Shown piece after piece: positions 1 to 7,434 of a stretch of 41,764 nt of DNA (positions within the stretch are counted from its first letter, which is position 1; each line of letters opens with the position of its first letter). This DNA is from an uncultured Gammaproteobacteria bacterium. GTDB taxonomy: Bacteria > Patescibacteriota > Microgenomatia > UBA8517. The stretch covers positions 204,358 to 246,121 of the forward strand of contig CAZWNZ010000001.1 of the NCBI GenBank assembly GCA_964635715.1, read 5' to 3'. The translations under genes were made by a program, and so were the position numbers. Under the pieces are notes generated by a model. It made no database searches. It was not told where the DNA came from and worked only from the letters and a program-made list of their open reading frames with translations.

Positions 1-112
1 TGATAACCCCGATGAGTATTTTGGCGTAATGAGGGTAAAAGTTAGAAAAAGTAGAGATTTTCTGAGAAAAATATACGGATTTATTGAAGGTTTGAGATTG
101 CAGGTTTAAAAA

Positions 113-121
113 TGGTAAAAT
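113..121 (+). promoter_or_regulatory. candidate extended -10 element (TGgTAAAAT) upstream of tRNA(CAU)
   Basis: TG at 113-114 and TAAAAT at 116-121, ending 8 nt before tRNA position 1. No clear -35. Confidence 0.35.
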
Positions 122-129
122 ACGCACAT

Positions 130-203
130 GTCAAGGTAGCTCAGTTGGTTAGAGCACGGCAATCATAACGCTGAGGTCGTGGGTTCGAATCCCACCCTTG
201 ACA
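130..203 (+). tRNA. tRNA with CAT anticodon (elongator tRNA-Met or lysidine-type tRNA-Ile2; not distinguishable by eye)
   Basis: Manual cloverleaf: acceptor GTCAAGG/CCTTGAC, D arm GCTC-AGTTGGTTA-GAGC, anticodon loop ATCATAA, T arm GTGGG-TTCGAAT-CCCAC, discriminator A. One A-C mismatch in the anticodon stem. CCA is not encoded. Confidence 0.85.
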
Positions 204-348
204 CAATGTTCGGCTTGTCACGTTCTTCGAATGTGATAACGCTGAGGTCGTGGGTTCGAATCCCACCCTTGACACAATGTTCGGCTTGTCACGTTCTTCG
301 AATGTGATAACGCTGAGGTCGTGGGTTCGAATCCCACCCTTGACACAA
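165..348 (+). repeat. 71-bp tandem repeat (about 2.6 copies); each unit is the tRNA(CAU) 3' half (39 nt) plus a 32-nt spacer
   Basis: Units at 165-235 and 236-306 read identical, with a partial third unit at 307-348. Each unit starts at anticodon position 2 (ATAACGCTGAGG...CCTTGACA). The spacer CAATGTTCGGCTTGTCACGTTCTTCGAATGTG is identical in both copies. Confidence 0.9.
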
Positions 349-365
349 AAGTAGTATAATACGAG

Positions 366-481
366 TCAGATAAAGCAGTGATGGAGAAGGTTGGAACTCC
401 GGAGCTTTAAGATTGAATTAAGAAGCAATTAAGGTGGCACCACGGTAATTCCGTCCTTAGATATAAGGGACGGATTTTTTT
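366..481 (+). promoter_or_regulatory. T-box riboswitch leader (Trp specifier) controlling trpS-csaA
   Basis: TATAAT at 355-360. T-box sequence AATTAAGGTGGCACCACGG at 427-445. Canonical antiterminator: helix A1 TAAGG/CCTTA, 7-nt bulge TGGCACC, helix A2 ACGG/CCGT. It competes with the terminator at 451-473. A UGG-A is exposed in the loop GGAG-AAGGTTGGAA-CTCC (383-400). Confidence 0.8.
451..481 (+). terminator. intrinsic terminator of the T-box leader
   Basis: Stem CCGTCCTTA / TAAGGGACGG with one bulge and loop GATA, followed by A plus 7 T (475-481). The 5' arm is shared with the antiterminator. Confidence 0.75.
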
Positions 482-506
482 GTGGAATTTCTGATAAACT
501 AAAAAT

Positions 507-1550
507 ATGAAGAAAAGAGTATTTTCAGGAACAAGAGCAACAGGAAGACTGCATTTAGGCAATTACCTAGGCGCGGTCAAGGGTTATATGGAGCTTTCCG
601 ATAACCCTGAGTATGAAACCATTTATATGGTGATGGATTTGCATGCAATAACAACACCGTATGATAAAGATAAACTTGCAGAGAATACTAGAAATGTAAT
701 TATGGATTATTTAGCTTGTGGACTGGACCCTGAAAAATCAATAATTACAGCACAATCTTTGGTACCGGAGCATACATATTTGGCAAACATTTTAGCCTCT
801 GAAATTACTGTAGCTAGAATGCAGCATTTACCAACATTTAAAGAAAAAGTAGCCCAACACCCAGACAATGTAACAATGGCGCTTCTTAACTATCCTGTAC
901 TCATGGCTTCCGATATTCTTCTTTACAAAGCCTCATTGGTTCCCGTTGGGATTGATCAGGAGCCTCATTTGGAGGTTGCCCGTGAGATTGCAAGAAAAAT
1001 GAATGATAAATTTGGAATAGGTTTTCCTGAGCCCCAAAGGTTTGCCACAAAGGGAGAATATGTTCCAAGTTTAACTGGGGAAGGAAAGATGAGTAAAAGT
1101 GTAGAGGGAAGTTTTATAAACTTAACTGATTCATTAGATGAGATATCTAGTAAATTAGCAAAAGCACCAACTAATTCAGGAAAGGGATCGTTTAAAGAGT
1201 TTGAAAAAAATAATAAATTTGCTGCCTATAAAATGGTTCTAAACGAGGATGGTACTGAAGCAAAGGGGGTAGATGCTCTTTTAAAGTTTGTTGAACTTTT
1301 TGAAGGAACTGGTAAAAGGAGCGAGTATGAAGCAAAGTATCTTGGAGAGGGAATACGTTATGGAGACTTGAAAGCTGAACTAGCTGAAGCTATTTACAAG
1401 GAATTAGCTCCAATTCAAGAAAAAAGAAAATACTATGAAGATAATCCAAAAGAAGTGGATAAAATAATCAAAGAGGGTGCAAAAAAAGCCCATAAAATTG
1501 CAGGAGAAACAATTGAAGAGGTTAGAAATAAAATAGGACTTTATAAATAA
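507..1550 (+). CDS. trpS: tryptophan--tRNA ligase
   Basis: Class I aaRS motifs: a HIGH-like motif (GRLHLGNY) and KMSKS. Length 347 aa. Sits downstream of a Trp T-box. Confidence 0.95.
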   Translation: MKKRVFSGTRATGRLHLGNYLGAVKGYMELSDNPEYETIYMVMDLHAITTPYDKDKLAENTRNVIMDYLACGLDPEKSIITAQSLVPEHTYLANILASEITVARMQHLPTFKEKVAQHPDNVTMALLNYPVLMASDILLYKASLVPVGIDQEPHLEVAREIARKMNDKFGIGFPEPQRFATKGEYVPSLTGEGKMSKSVEGSFINLTDSLDEISSKLAKAPTNSGKGSFKEFEKNNKFAAYKMVLNEDGTEAKGVDALLKFVELFEGTGKRSEYEAKYLGEGIRYGDLKAELAEAIYKELAPIQEKRKYYEDNPKEVDKIIKEGAKKAHKIAGETIEEVRNKIGLYK

Positions 1551-1928
1551 ATGGACACAATTGACTACACAGATTTCGAAAAAGTAGACATTAGGATTGG
1601 AACCGTGACTCAGGCGACGGTTCCCGAGTGGAGCCATTGGGTAATGAGGCTGAAAGTTGATCTTGGTTCTGAAATAGGACAAAAACAATGTTTCTCCGGC
1701 ATAATGAAGTTTTTTAAGCCGGAAGATTTAGTGGGAAAACAATTTCCATTTGTGGTAAACCTGGAACCAAGAAAAATTGGACCAGACAAAGAATTGTCTG
1801 AGGCAATGATGATTATGGCCGCGCCGACAGCTTCGCAGTCTGGCGGGCAGGCTGTCTCAGATGAAGATGTTGCACCTGCACTTTTTGAGCTTAAGGAAAA
1901 GGTGGCAGACGGGACAAAAGTACGCTAA
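1551..1928 (+). CDS. csaA: tRNA-binding OB-fold protein, CsaA/Trbp111 family
   Basis: FEKVDIRIGTV..., VVNLEPRKIG and ADGTKV are collinear with B. subtilis CsaA as recalled. The ATG directly abuts the trpS stop codon. Confidence 0.8.
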   Translation: MDTIDYTDFEKVDIRIGTVTQATVPEWSHWVMRLKVDLGSEIGQKQCFSGIMKFFKPEDLVGKQFPFVVNLEPRKIGPDKELSEAMMIMAAPTASQSGGQAVSDEDVAPALFELKEKVADGTKVR

Positions 1929-1949
1929 AGGTGTACAATTAACGATCGT

Positions 1950-3830
1950 ATGAACCCAAATGATTTTCTGAATCAAAATTTATCTGCCAATAAAAAGTCC
2001 AAAAAAGGTCAAAAACAGGTTAAGTTAAAACTTCGAATAAATCTCTGGACGATTTTGGGAGCAATATTTATTATTTTTTTTATTATCCCCGGCTTTATAA
2101 CCGCAATCCAATCGTTTGGTGACTCTTCGAAAAAAGATGTTTCTCAGGTGATGTCGGATATAAAAGAGGGGAAGGTGGAGAAAATAAATGTTGAAGGATC
2201 CAAACTTTTGGTTACTTATAAAGACGAGTCAATGAAGATCTCCATAAAAGAAGATACTGAAAGTTTTTCCGATCTTCTGAAAAACTATAATATTGATCCC
2301 GGAAGCGTTAATTATGAAATTGTTGATCAATCATGGTCGAATGTATTGGTTGATATTTTGGGTATCGTTTTGCCAATTATTTTGATGGTGGCATTTTTCT
2401 ACTATATAATGCGCGCCCAAAATAAGGGAGCTCAGGATATATTCTCTTTCGGTAGGAGCAAAGCTAAAATTTTCGCCAAGGGCAAGCAGGATGTAACTTT
2501 TAAGGATGTAGCGGGAGTAGATGATGCCAAAAAAGAGCTTGAAGAACTTGTAGATTTTCTTAAAAATCCACTTAAGTATAGAAAAATTGGTGCAAGAACA
2601 CCTAAAGGAGCACTTTTGGTTGGCCCTTCAGGAGTAGGAAAAACGTTACTTGCCAAGGCTGTTGCCGGGGAAGCTGGGGTTCCATTCTTTTCAATGGCAG
2701 GAAGTGAATTCATGGAAATGCTCGTTGGAGTTGGGGCTTCCCGTGCCCGCGACCTTTTTGCACAAGCTAAAGCCAGTGCTCCATCAATTATTTTCATAGA
2801 CGAAATTGACGCTATTGGGAGACAAAGAGGAAGAGGAATGATGGGAGGACATGATGAGAGGGAGCAAACACTAAACCAAATATTAGTTGAAATGGATGGA
2901 TTTACCCCAAATGATAATGTAATAGTTATTGCAGCCACCAACCGCGGAGATCTTCTTGACCCGGCTCTTCTAAGACCTGGACGTTTTGATAGAAGAATAG
3001 TTCTAGATATGCCGGACAAAGAAGGCCGTTTGGCAATTCTTAAAATCCACGCAAATGGTAAAAAATTTGCCAAGGGAGTTTCCTGGAGCAAGGTTGCCGA
3101 TCGCACAATTGGTTTTTCCGGGGCGGATCTTGAAAATATGCTTAACGAGGCTGCCATTGGAGCTGCCAGAGAAGGACACGGTGAAATTTCAATGGAAGAT
3201 ATTGAAGAATCTTCAACCAAAGTCAAATTGGGGCCTGCAAAAAAGAGGCTTCAAAGCGATGAAGATAAGAAACTCACCGCCTACCATGAAGCTGGACACG
3301 CACTTGTTACACACTTTTTGAAACAGACTGATCCTGTTCATCAAATCTCAATAGTAGCCCGTGGAATGAGCTTGGGACACACCTTAATTCCGCCCGTCGG
3401 AGATAGAACTCATGAGACAAAATCACGTCTTTTGGAACAGATTGCAGCTATGCTTGGAGGCCGGGCTGCAGAAGAAATCGTATTTAATGAAATGACAAGT
3501 GGTGCTGCTAGTGATATTTCTCAAGCCACCAAAATAGCCAAAGCAATGGTGGTTGAATTTGGAATGAGTGATATTGGACCAATCAATTTTGGACCAGATA
3601 TGGGAATGGGGGATTTTGGACAAATGGAGTGGTATGAACAGGCACAAAATAGCCCTGCCTTTATGGAAAAAATTGATACGGAAACTAAAAAATTCCTGGA
3701 TGCCGGCATGAAGGAAGCTGCTAAAATCCTTAAAGCTAAAAGAAAGCTTCTTGATAAATTGAGTAAAGCTCTACTTGAAAAGGAAACCCTGGACCGTGAC
3801 GACTTCGAAAAGATTGTGGGGAAGAAATAA
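1950..3830 (+). CDS. ftsH: ATP-dependent zinc metalloprotease FtsH
   Basis: N-terminal TM segments, AAA Walker A GPSGVGKT, Walker B IIFIDEID, zinc motif HEAGH. Confidence 0.95.
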   Translation: MNPNDFLNQNLSANKKSKKGQKQVKLKLRINLWTILGAIFIIFFIIPGFITAIQSFGDSSKKDVSQVMSDIKEGKVEKINVEGSKLLVTYKDESMKISIKEDTESFSDLLKNYNIDPGSVNYEIVDQSWSNVLVDILGIVLPIILMVAFFYYIMRAQNKGAQDIFSFGRSKAKIFAKGKQDVTFKDVAGVDDAKKELEELVDFLKNPLKYRKIGARTPKGALLVGPSGVGKTLLAKAVAGEAGVPFFSMAGSEFMEMLVGVGASRARDLFAQAKASAPSIIFIDEIDAIGRQRGRGMMGGHDEREQTLNQILVEMDGFTPNDNVIVIAATNRGDLLDPALLRPGRFDRRIVLDMPDKEGRLAILKIHANGKKFAKGVSWSKVADRTIGFSGADLENMLNEAAIGAAREGHGEISMEDIEESSTKVKLGPAKKRLQSDEDKKLTAYHEAGHALVTHFLKQTDPVHQISIVARGMSLGHTLIPPVGDRTHETKSRLLEQIAAMLGGRAAEEIVFNEMTSGAASDISQATKIAKAMVVEFGMSDIGPINFGPDMGMGDFGQMEWYEQAQNSPAFMEKIDTETKKFLDAGMKEAAKILKAKRKLLDKLSKALLEKETLDRDDFEKIVGKK

Positions 3831-3869
3831 TTCATCATATATTCTTTGCTCGTCCAAAGACACAAGTTT

Positions 3870-3901
3870 CAATACTTCTTTGCTTCTCCAAAGAAGTATT
3901 G
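3870..3901 (+). terminator. perfect 13-bp hairpin downstream of ftsH (terminator-like, no U tract)
   Basis: CAATACTTCTTTG-cttctc-CAAAGAAGTATTG. A related shorter copy, TCTTTGCTCGTCCAAAGA, lies at 3843-3860. Confidence 0.35.
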
Positions 3902-3929
3902 TGAAGAAAAGAGCCCCAGTGAACATTTA

Positions 3930-4031
3930 CCTGAAATTTGTGGCGTGATTTGTCGGGGAATAGACTCCCTTTCGGAATTCCCTTCGGTCAGTTCCGGTTT
4001 TCCCTTCGCCCAAATCACTTCAAATTTCAGG
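3930..4031. other. GC-rich structured non-coding element (candidate small RNA or cluster of CCCTTCGG-type repeats)
   Basis: Long-range pairing of CCTGAAATTTG (3930-3940) with CAAATTTCAGG (4021-4031), and of GTGATTTG (3945-3952) with CAAATCAC (4011-4018). These enclose CCCTTTCGG, CCCTTCGG and CCCTTCGCC motifs. Confidence 0.3.
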
Positions 4032-4086
4032 GGCGTGTTCAGATGGGTTTTATGCGATACAAACACAATTTCCAAAGGAAAGCTCC

Positions 4087-5019
4087 ATGAGATACAATAG
4101 GCACATGAGCAAGTTAGTTATTATTGATGGAAACGCAATTCTTCATAGAGCTTTCCATGCAATGCCACCACTAACTACAAGAGAGGGAACACCCATCAAC
4201 GCCGTCTACGGGCTTATCTCTATGTTTTTACGTATAGTTACTGATTTAAAGCCTGAAGCAATCGTTGTGGCCTTTGATGAGAAAGAGAAAACATTTAGAC
4301 ATAAGGAGTTTGAGAATTATCAGTCGCAGCGTCCACCGACACATGATGATCTTTCTTCTCAGTTTCCTAAAGCAAGAGATTTTTTTAAAGCGATTGGCGT
4401 TCCAATATATTCAAAACCCGGATATGAAGCGGATGATGTGATTGGTACGATTGCAACGAAGTACACAGTACAAAATACAGAGTACAAAGAAACCATCGTT
4501 GTAACGGGGGACAGAGATTTACTCCAGTTAGTTGACGATAAAAAAGGGATAAAACTCTACATGCCGGTAGTTGGTTTATCGAATGCAAAGATGTATGACG
4601 AAACGGCTGCCAAGGAAAGAATGGGGGTTCCTGCTGACGAGATCCCGGACTTAAAAGCGCTTGTCGGAGACCCCTCGGATAACTATCCGGGAGTAATGGG
4701 AATTGGTCCAAAAACTGCGGAAAAATTACTTGAGAAATATAAGAGCGTAGATACAATTTATGCTCATTTAGAGGATATTGAGCCGAAAATAAGGCAAAAG
4801 TTGGAGACGGGTAAGGATGAGGCTAAACTTTTCCACAGGCTCGCAACTGTGGTCCGGGACGTCCCAATAAAAATCGATTTCCCGCAAATGGAAAACTGGA
4901 AAATTGATAGCCCGGAAGTATTAAAATTATTTGAGGAATATGGTTTTAAAACACTTACAAAAAGAGTGCAAGATGTTGGGAAAAAAATAGAAGAAGATAA
5001 ACAAGGAGCACTCTTTTAA
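4087..5019 (+). CDS. 5'-3' exonuclease (stand-alone Pol I N-terminal / FEN-like domain)
   Basis: LVIIDGNAILHRAFHA, GYEADDVIGT, VTGDRDLLQL and H3TH-type GVMGIGPKTA. The start could instead be ATG 4105. Confidence 0.85.
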   Translation: MRYNRHMSKLVIIDGNAILHRAFHAMPPLTTREGTPINAVYGLISMFLRIVTDLKPEAIVVAFDEKEKTFRHKEFENYQSQRPPTHDDLSSQFPKARDFFKAIGVPIYSKPGYEADDVIGTIATKYTVQNTEYKETIVVTGDRDLLQLVDDKKGIKLYMPVVGLSNAKMYDETAAKERMGVPADEIPDLKALVGDPSDNYPGVMGIGPKTAEKLLEKYKSVDTIYAHLEDIEPKIRQKLETGKDEAKLFHRLATVVRDVPIKIDFPQMENWKIDSPEVLKLFEEYGFKTLTKRVQDVGKKIEEDKQGALF

Positions 5020-5021
5020 GT

Positions 5022-5044
5022 ATTATGTATTAAGAATTATGAAT
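5022..5044. repeat. left motif array flanking four-helix-bundle gene 1
   Basis: ATTATGTATTA (5022-5032) and AGAATTATGAAT (5033-5044) are exact reverse complements of 5415-5425 and 5431-5442. Confidence 0.8.
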
Positions 5045-5049
5045 TAAGT

Positions 5050-5424
5050 ATGGGAACAATTAAAACGTTTTCGGATTTAAACACATGGAAAGAAGACTAC
5101 AGCTTGGTACTTCAAATTTATAAAATTAAAGATAAATTTCCTCCAAAGGAGAATTTTACATTAACCAGTCAAATGCGTCGTGCCGCCGTTTCAGTGTCTA
5201 GTAATATTGCTGAAGGCTTTAGTAGACGAGGAATCAAAGAAAAAGTTTTATTTTATTCAATGTCTCTAGGTTCTATTACTGAATTACAAAATCAAATATT
5301 AATAGCAAAAGGAATTGGTTATATAAACGATAAAGAAGCGCTGGGCTGTAGTGAACAGTTAATATTGACTCACAAGTTAGTAAATGGTTTGATAAAAGGA
5401 GTAGTCAAGCTGCATAATACATAA
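5050..5424 (+). CDS. four-helix-bundle protein (23S rRNA intervening-sequence protein family)
   Basis: About 120 aa with the family-typical SSNIAEGFSR core. Confidence 0.8.
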   Translation: MGTIKTFSDLNTWKEDYSLVLQIYKIKDKFPPKENFTLTSQMRRAAVSVSSNIAEGFSRRGIKEKVLFYSMSLGSITELQNQILIAKGIGYINDKEALGCSEQLILTHKLVNGLIKGVVKLHNT

Positions 5425-5442
5425 TTCATGATTCATAATTCT
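5415..5442. repeat. right motif array flanking four-helix-bundle gene 1
   Basis: TAATACATAAT, ATTCATGAT and ATTCATAATTCT. The array spans the gene 1 stop codon and the start codon of the glycosyltransferase. Confidence 0.8.
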
Positions 5443-6549
5443 AAGTTTCGAGTAGCAATAGTACATGATTATCTAATAGATTTTGGGGGAGCGGAAAGAG
5501 TCCTTTTGGCTCTTCATGAGATTTACCCCAATGCTCCAATTTATGTCTTGATTGATAGAAGAAAAATCTTAGGGCATTTTTCAAATAAATTTGATGATGC
5601 AAAAGTAATTCAAACATGGTTTGGAAAAATTCCCGGAGCAGAAAAATTAATTTCTCCTCTTAGATTTTTAATTCCCTTTATTTGGAAAAGTGTAAATCTT
5701 AAAGATTGTGATCTGATTATTTCCTCCGCTAGTTGGGCAATTACCAAAGGCTTTGACAAAAAGACTGGTGCAAAAGAAATTTGCTATTGTCACACACCAC
5801 CGAGATATTTATACGGCTATGATACCTCTAGAAAGTTTACCGGATTTTTTGGCAAACTTGTCAAAATATATGGCGGTTTGGTAAATAAAAATTTGAGAGA
5901 ATTTGACTTTAAACGTTCTCAAAAGGTAGATTTTTTCATTGCAAATTCAAAAGAAGTGGCTGGGAGAATTCAAAAGTTTTATAAGAGAGATTCTGCTGTT
6001 ATTTACCCACCTGTAGAAATTAAACCTCAGGAAAATTTAAAGAAAGAAAACTTCTTTTTAACCGGAGGAAGACTTACCGCTGCCAAGAATTTTGATTTAG
6101 TAATAAAAGCATTTAACAATCTTGGATTTAATCTTATTGTTTATGGCGATGGACCCCAAATAGATTATCTAAAAAGCTTGGCGGGGCAAAATATTAAACT
6201 GGTTGGAGAGCTGACGGATGATGAAATTACCAAACTTTACAAAATCTCTAAAGGATATATTGTGGCTCAAAAAGATGAAGATTTCGGAATTACTCCAGTT
6301 GAGGCTATGGGCCAAGGGACCCCGATTATCGCTTATAGAGGTGGGGGATATTTAGAGTCGGTGGTGGAAGACAAAACTGGAATATTTTTTGATGAATTGA
6401 CAGTGGAAAGTTTATCAAACGCTATCAAGCGCTTCGATGATTCGAATCATCAGGACATAACTTCGGAGAATTGTGTCGCTCAGGCGAAAAAGTTTTCAAA
6501 AGAAAGGTTTGAGGAAGAGATAAAAGAGTTTGTCGAGAATAAAATGTGA
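5428..6549 (+). CDS. glycosyltransferase, GT4-like (GT-B fold)
   Basis: N-terminal RVAIVHDYL and C-terminal EDFGITPVEAMGQGTPIIA (E-x7-E region). Confidence 0.85.
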   Translation: MIHNSKFRVAIVHDYLIDFGGAERVLLALHEIYPNAPIYVLIDRRKILGHFSNKFDDAKVIQTWFGKIPGAEKLISPLRFLIPFIWKSVNLKDCDLIISSASWAITKGFDKKTGAKEICYCHTPPRYLYGYDTSRKFTGFFGKLVKIYGGLVNKNLREFDFKRSQKVDFFIANSKEVAGRIQKFYKRDSAVIYPPVEIKPQENLKKENFFLTGGRLTAAKNFDLVIKAFNNLGFNLIVYGDGPQIDYLKSLAGQNIKLVGELTDDEITKLYKISKGYIVAQKDEDFGITPVEAMGQGTPIIAYRGGGYLESVVEDKTGIFFDELTVESLSNAIKRFDDSNHQDITSENCVAQAKKFSKERFEEEIKEFVENKM

Positions 6550-6561
6550 TAATATTGGCTC

Positions 6562-7434
6562 ATGCCGGAACTACCAGAGGTTGAGACAATGAGACTTCAA
6601 TTACAAAAATTCCTCGTGGGGCATAAAATTCTTTCAGTTGAGGTAAAAAACCGTAAAACATTTCAGGGAGATGAAGAAAAAATTATTGGGGGAAGAGTAA
6701 CCGGCGTCAGACGATTTGGAAAAGTCTCTGTGATTGACTTGGATAATGGCTATTCAATTCTCACTCATGTAAAACTCACGGGGCAGTATATTTATAGGGG
6801 ACCGCATTTAAAAAATCCCGGTAAATTATCAATTAAAGTCACGGGAGGAGTTCCTGGACCGCATACGTTAGTTACATTTAGATTAAATGGTGATGGAGTC
6901 CTTTATTACAATGATGTTAGGCGTTTTGGCTGGATAAGACTAGTTAAAAGGCAAGAGGTAGAAGATGAAAGTTTTATAAAAAAATTGGGGCCGGAACCCT
7001 TCGGCTCCGCTCAGGGCCATGGCCCCAAGTTGTTAACACTTGAGTATTTTCGACAAATCCTTTCCAAGACTTCAAGGGCTATTAAAGTTGTTTTAATGGA
7101 CCAAACCAAAATTGGGGGAGTGGGGAATATTTATGCTAATGACGCCCTGTGGTTGGCTAAAATTAGTCCGCGTAGACGCGCGGTTAGTCTAAGTTTGTCA
7201 GAAGTTGGTGAACTCTACAAGGCGATACTACATGTTCTAAAAGAAGGAATAAAGTACGGCGGGGCTTCGGAACTTGCCTTTGTTACGCCAGATGGAACGG
7301 AGGGTAGTTATCAAAATCACACTTTGGTTTATGGACATGAGGGAGAGCCTTGTGAAAAATGCCATAAAGCCAGAATAGAAAAGTTTTTCCTGGGAGGGAG
7401 AGGGACATATTGGTGCCCGAAATGTCAAAAATGA
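6562..7434 (+). CDS. mutM: formamidopyrimidine-DNA glycosylase
   Basis: MPELPEVE N-terminus, H2TH region GVGNIYANDALW, C-terminal zinc finger CEKC...CPKC. Confidence 0.9.
   Translation: MPELPEVETMRLQLQKFLVGHKILSVEVKNRKTFQGDEEKIIGGRVTGVRRFGKVSVIDLDNGYSILTHVKLTGQYIYRGPHLKNPGKLSIKVTGGVPGPHTLVTFRLNGDGVLYYNDVRRFGWIRLVKRQEVEDESFIKKLGPEPFGSAQGHGPKLLTLEYFRQILSKTSRAIKVVLMDQTKIGGVGNIYANDALWLAKISPRRRAVSLSLSEVGELYKAILHVLKEGIKYGGASELAFVTPDGTEGSYQNHTLVYGHEGEPCEKCHKARIEKFFLGGRGTYWCPKCQK

Noticed and set aside
165-348. The repeat-spacer periodicity (39-nt repeat, 32-nt spacer) looks like a CRISPR array at first glance.
   Set aside because: The two spacers are identical and the repeat is simply the tRNA 3' half. 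No cas genes are present. It is a tandem duplication, not a CRISPR array.
340-360. TTGACA (340-345) and TATAAT (355-360) as a -35/-10 promoter pair.
   Set aside because: The spacer is only 9 nt. TTGACA is merely the tRNA-copy 3' end, so only the -10 box is usable.
2432-3226. A 264-aa ORF antisense to ftsH, plus similar antisense or embedded ORFs in the track (for example 4385..4756, 9435..9857, 10092..10466, 10706..11074, 11645..11956 and 30476..30733).
   Set aside because: They lie entirely inside well-supported genes on the other strand or in another frame. They have low-complexity, Ser/Leu/Pro-rich translations and no recognisable motifs.
3846-4100. The track ORFs 3846..4100 (+) and 3869..4075 (-) in the ftsH/exonuclease spacer.
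   Set aside because: They have non-ATG starts and no RBS, they overlap each other, and their sequence is dominated by hairpins and GC-rich repeats. The region is treated as non-coding.
5050-5424. The four-helix-bundle genes (also 14344..14697) as Avd-like accessory proteins of a diversity-generating retroelement.
   Set aside because: No reverse transcriptase gene and no template/variable repeat pair is visible anywhere in the window.
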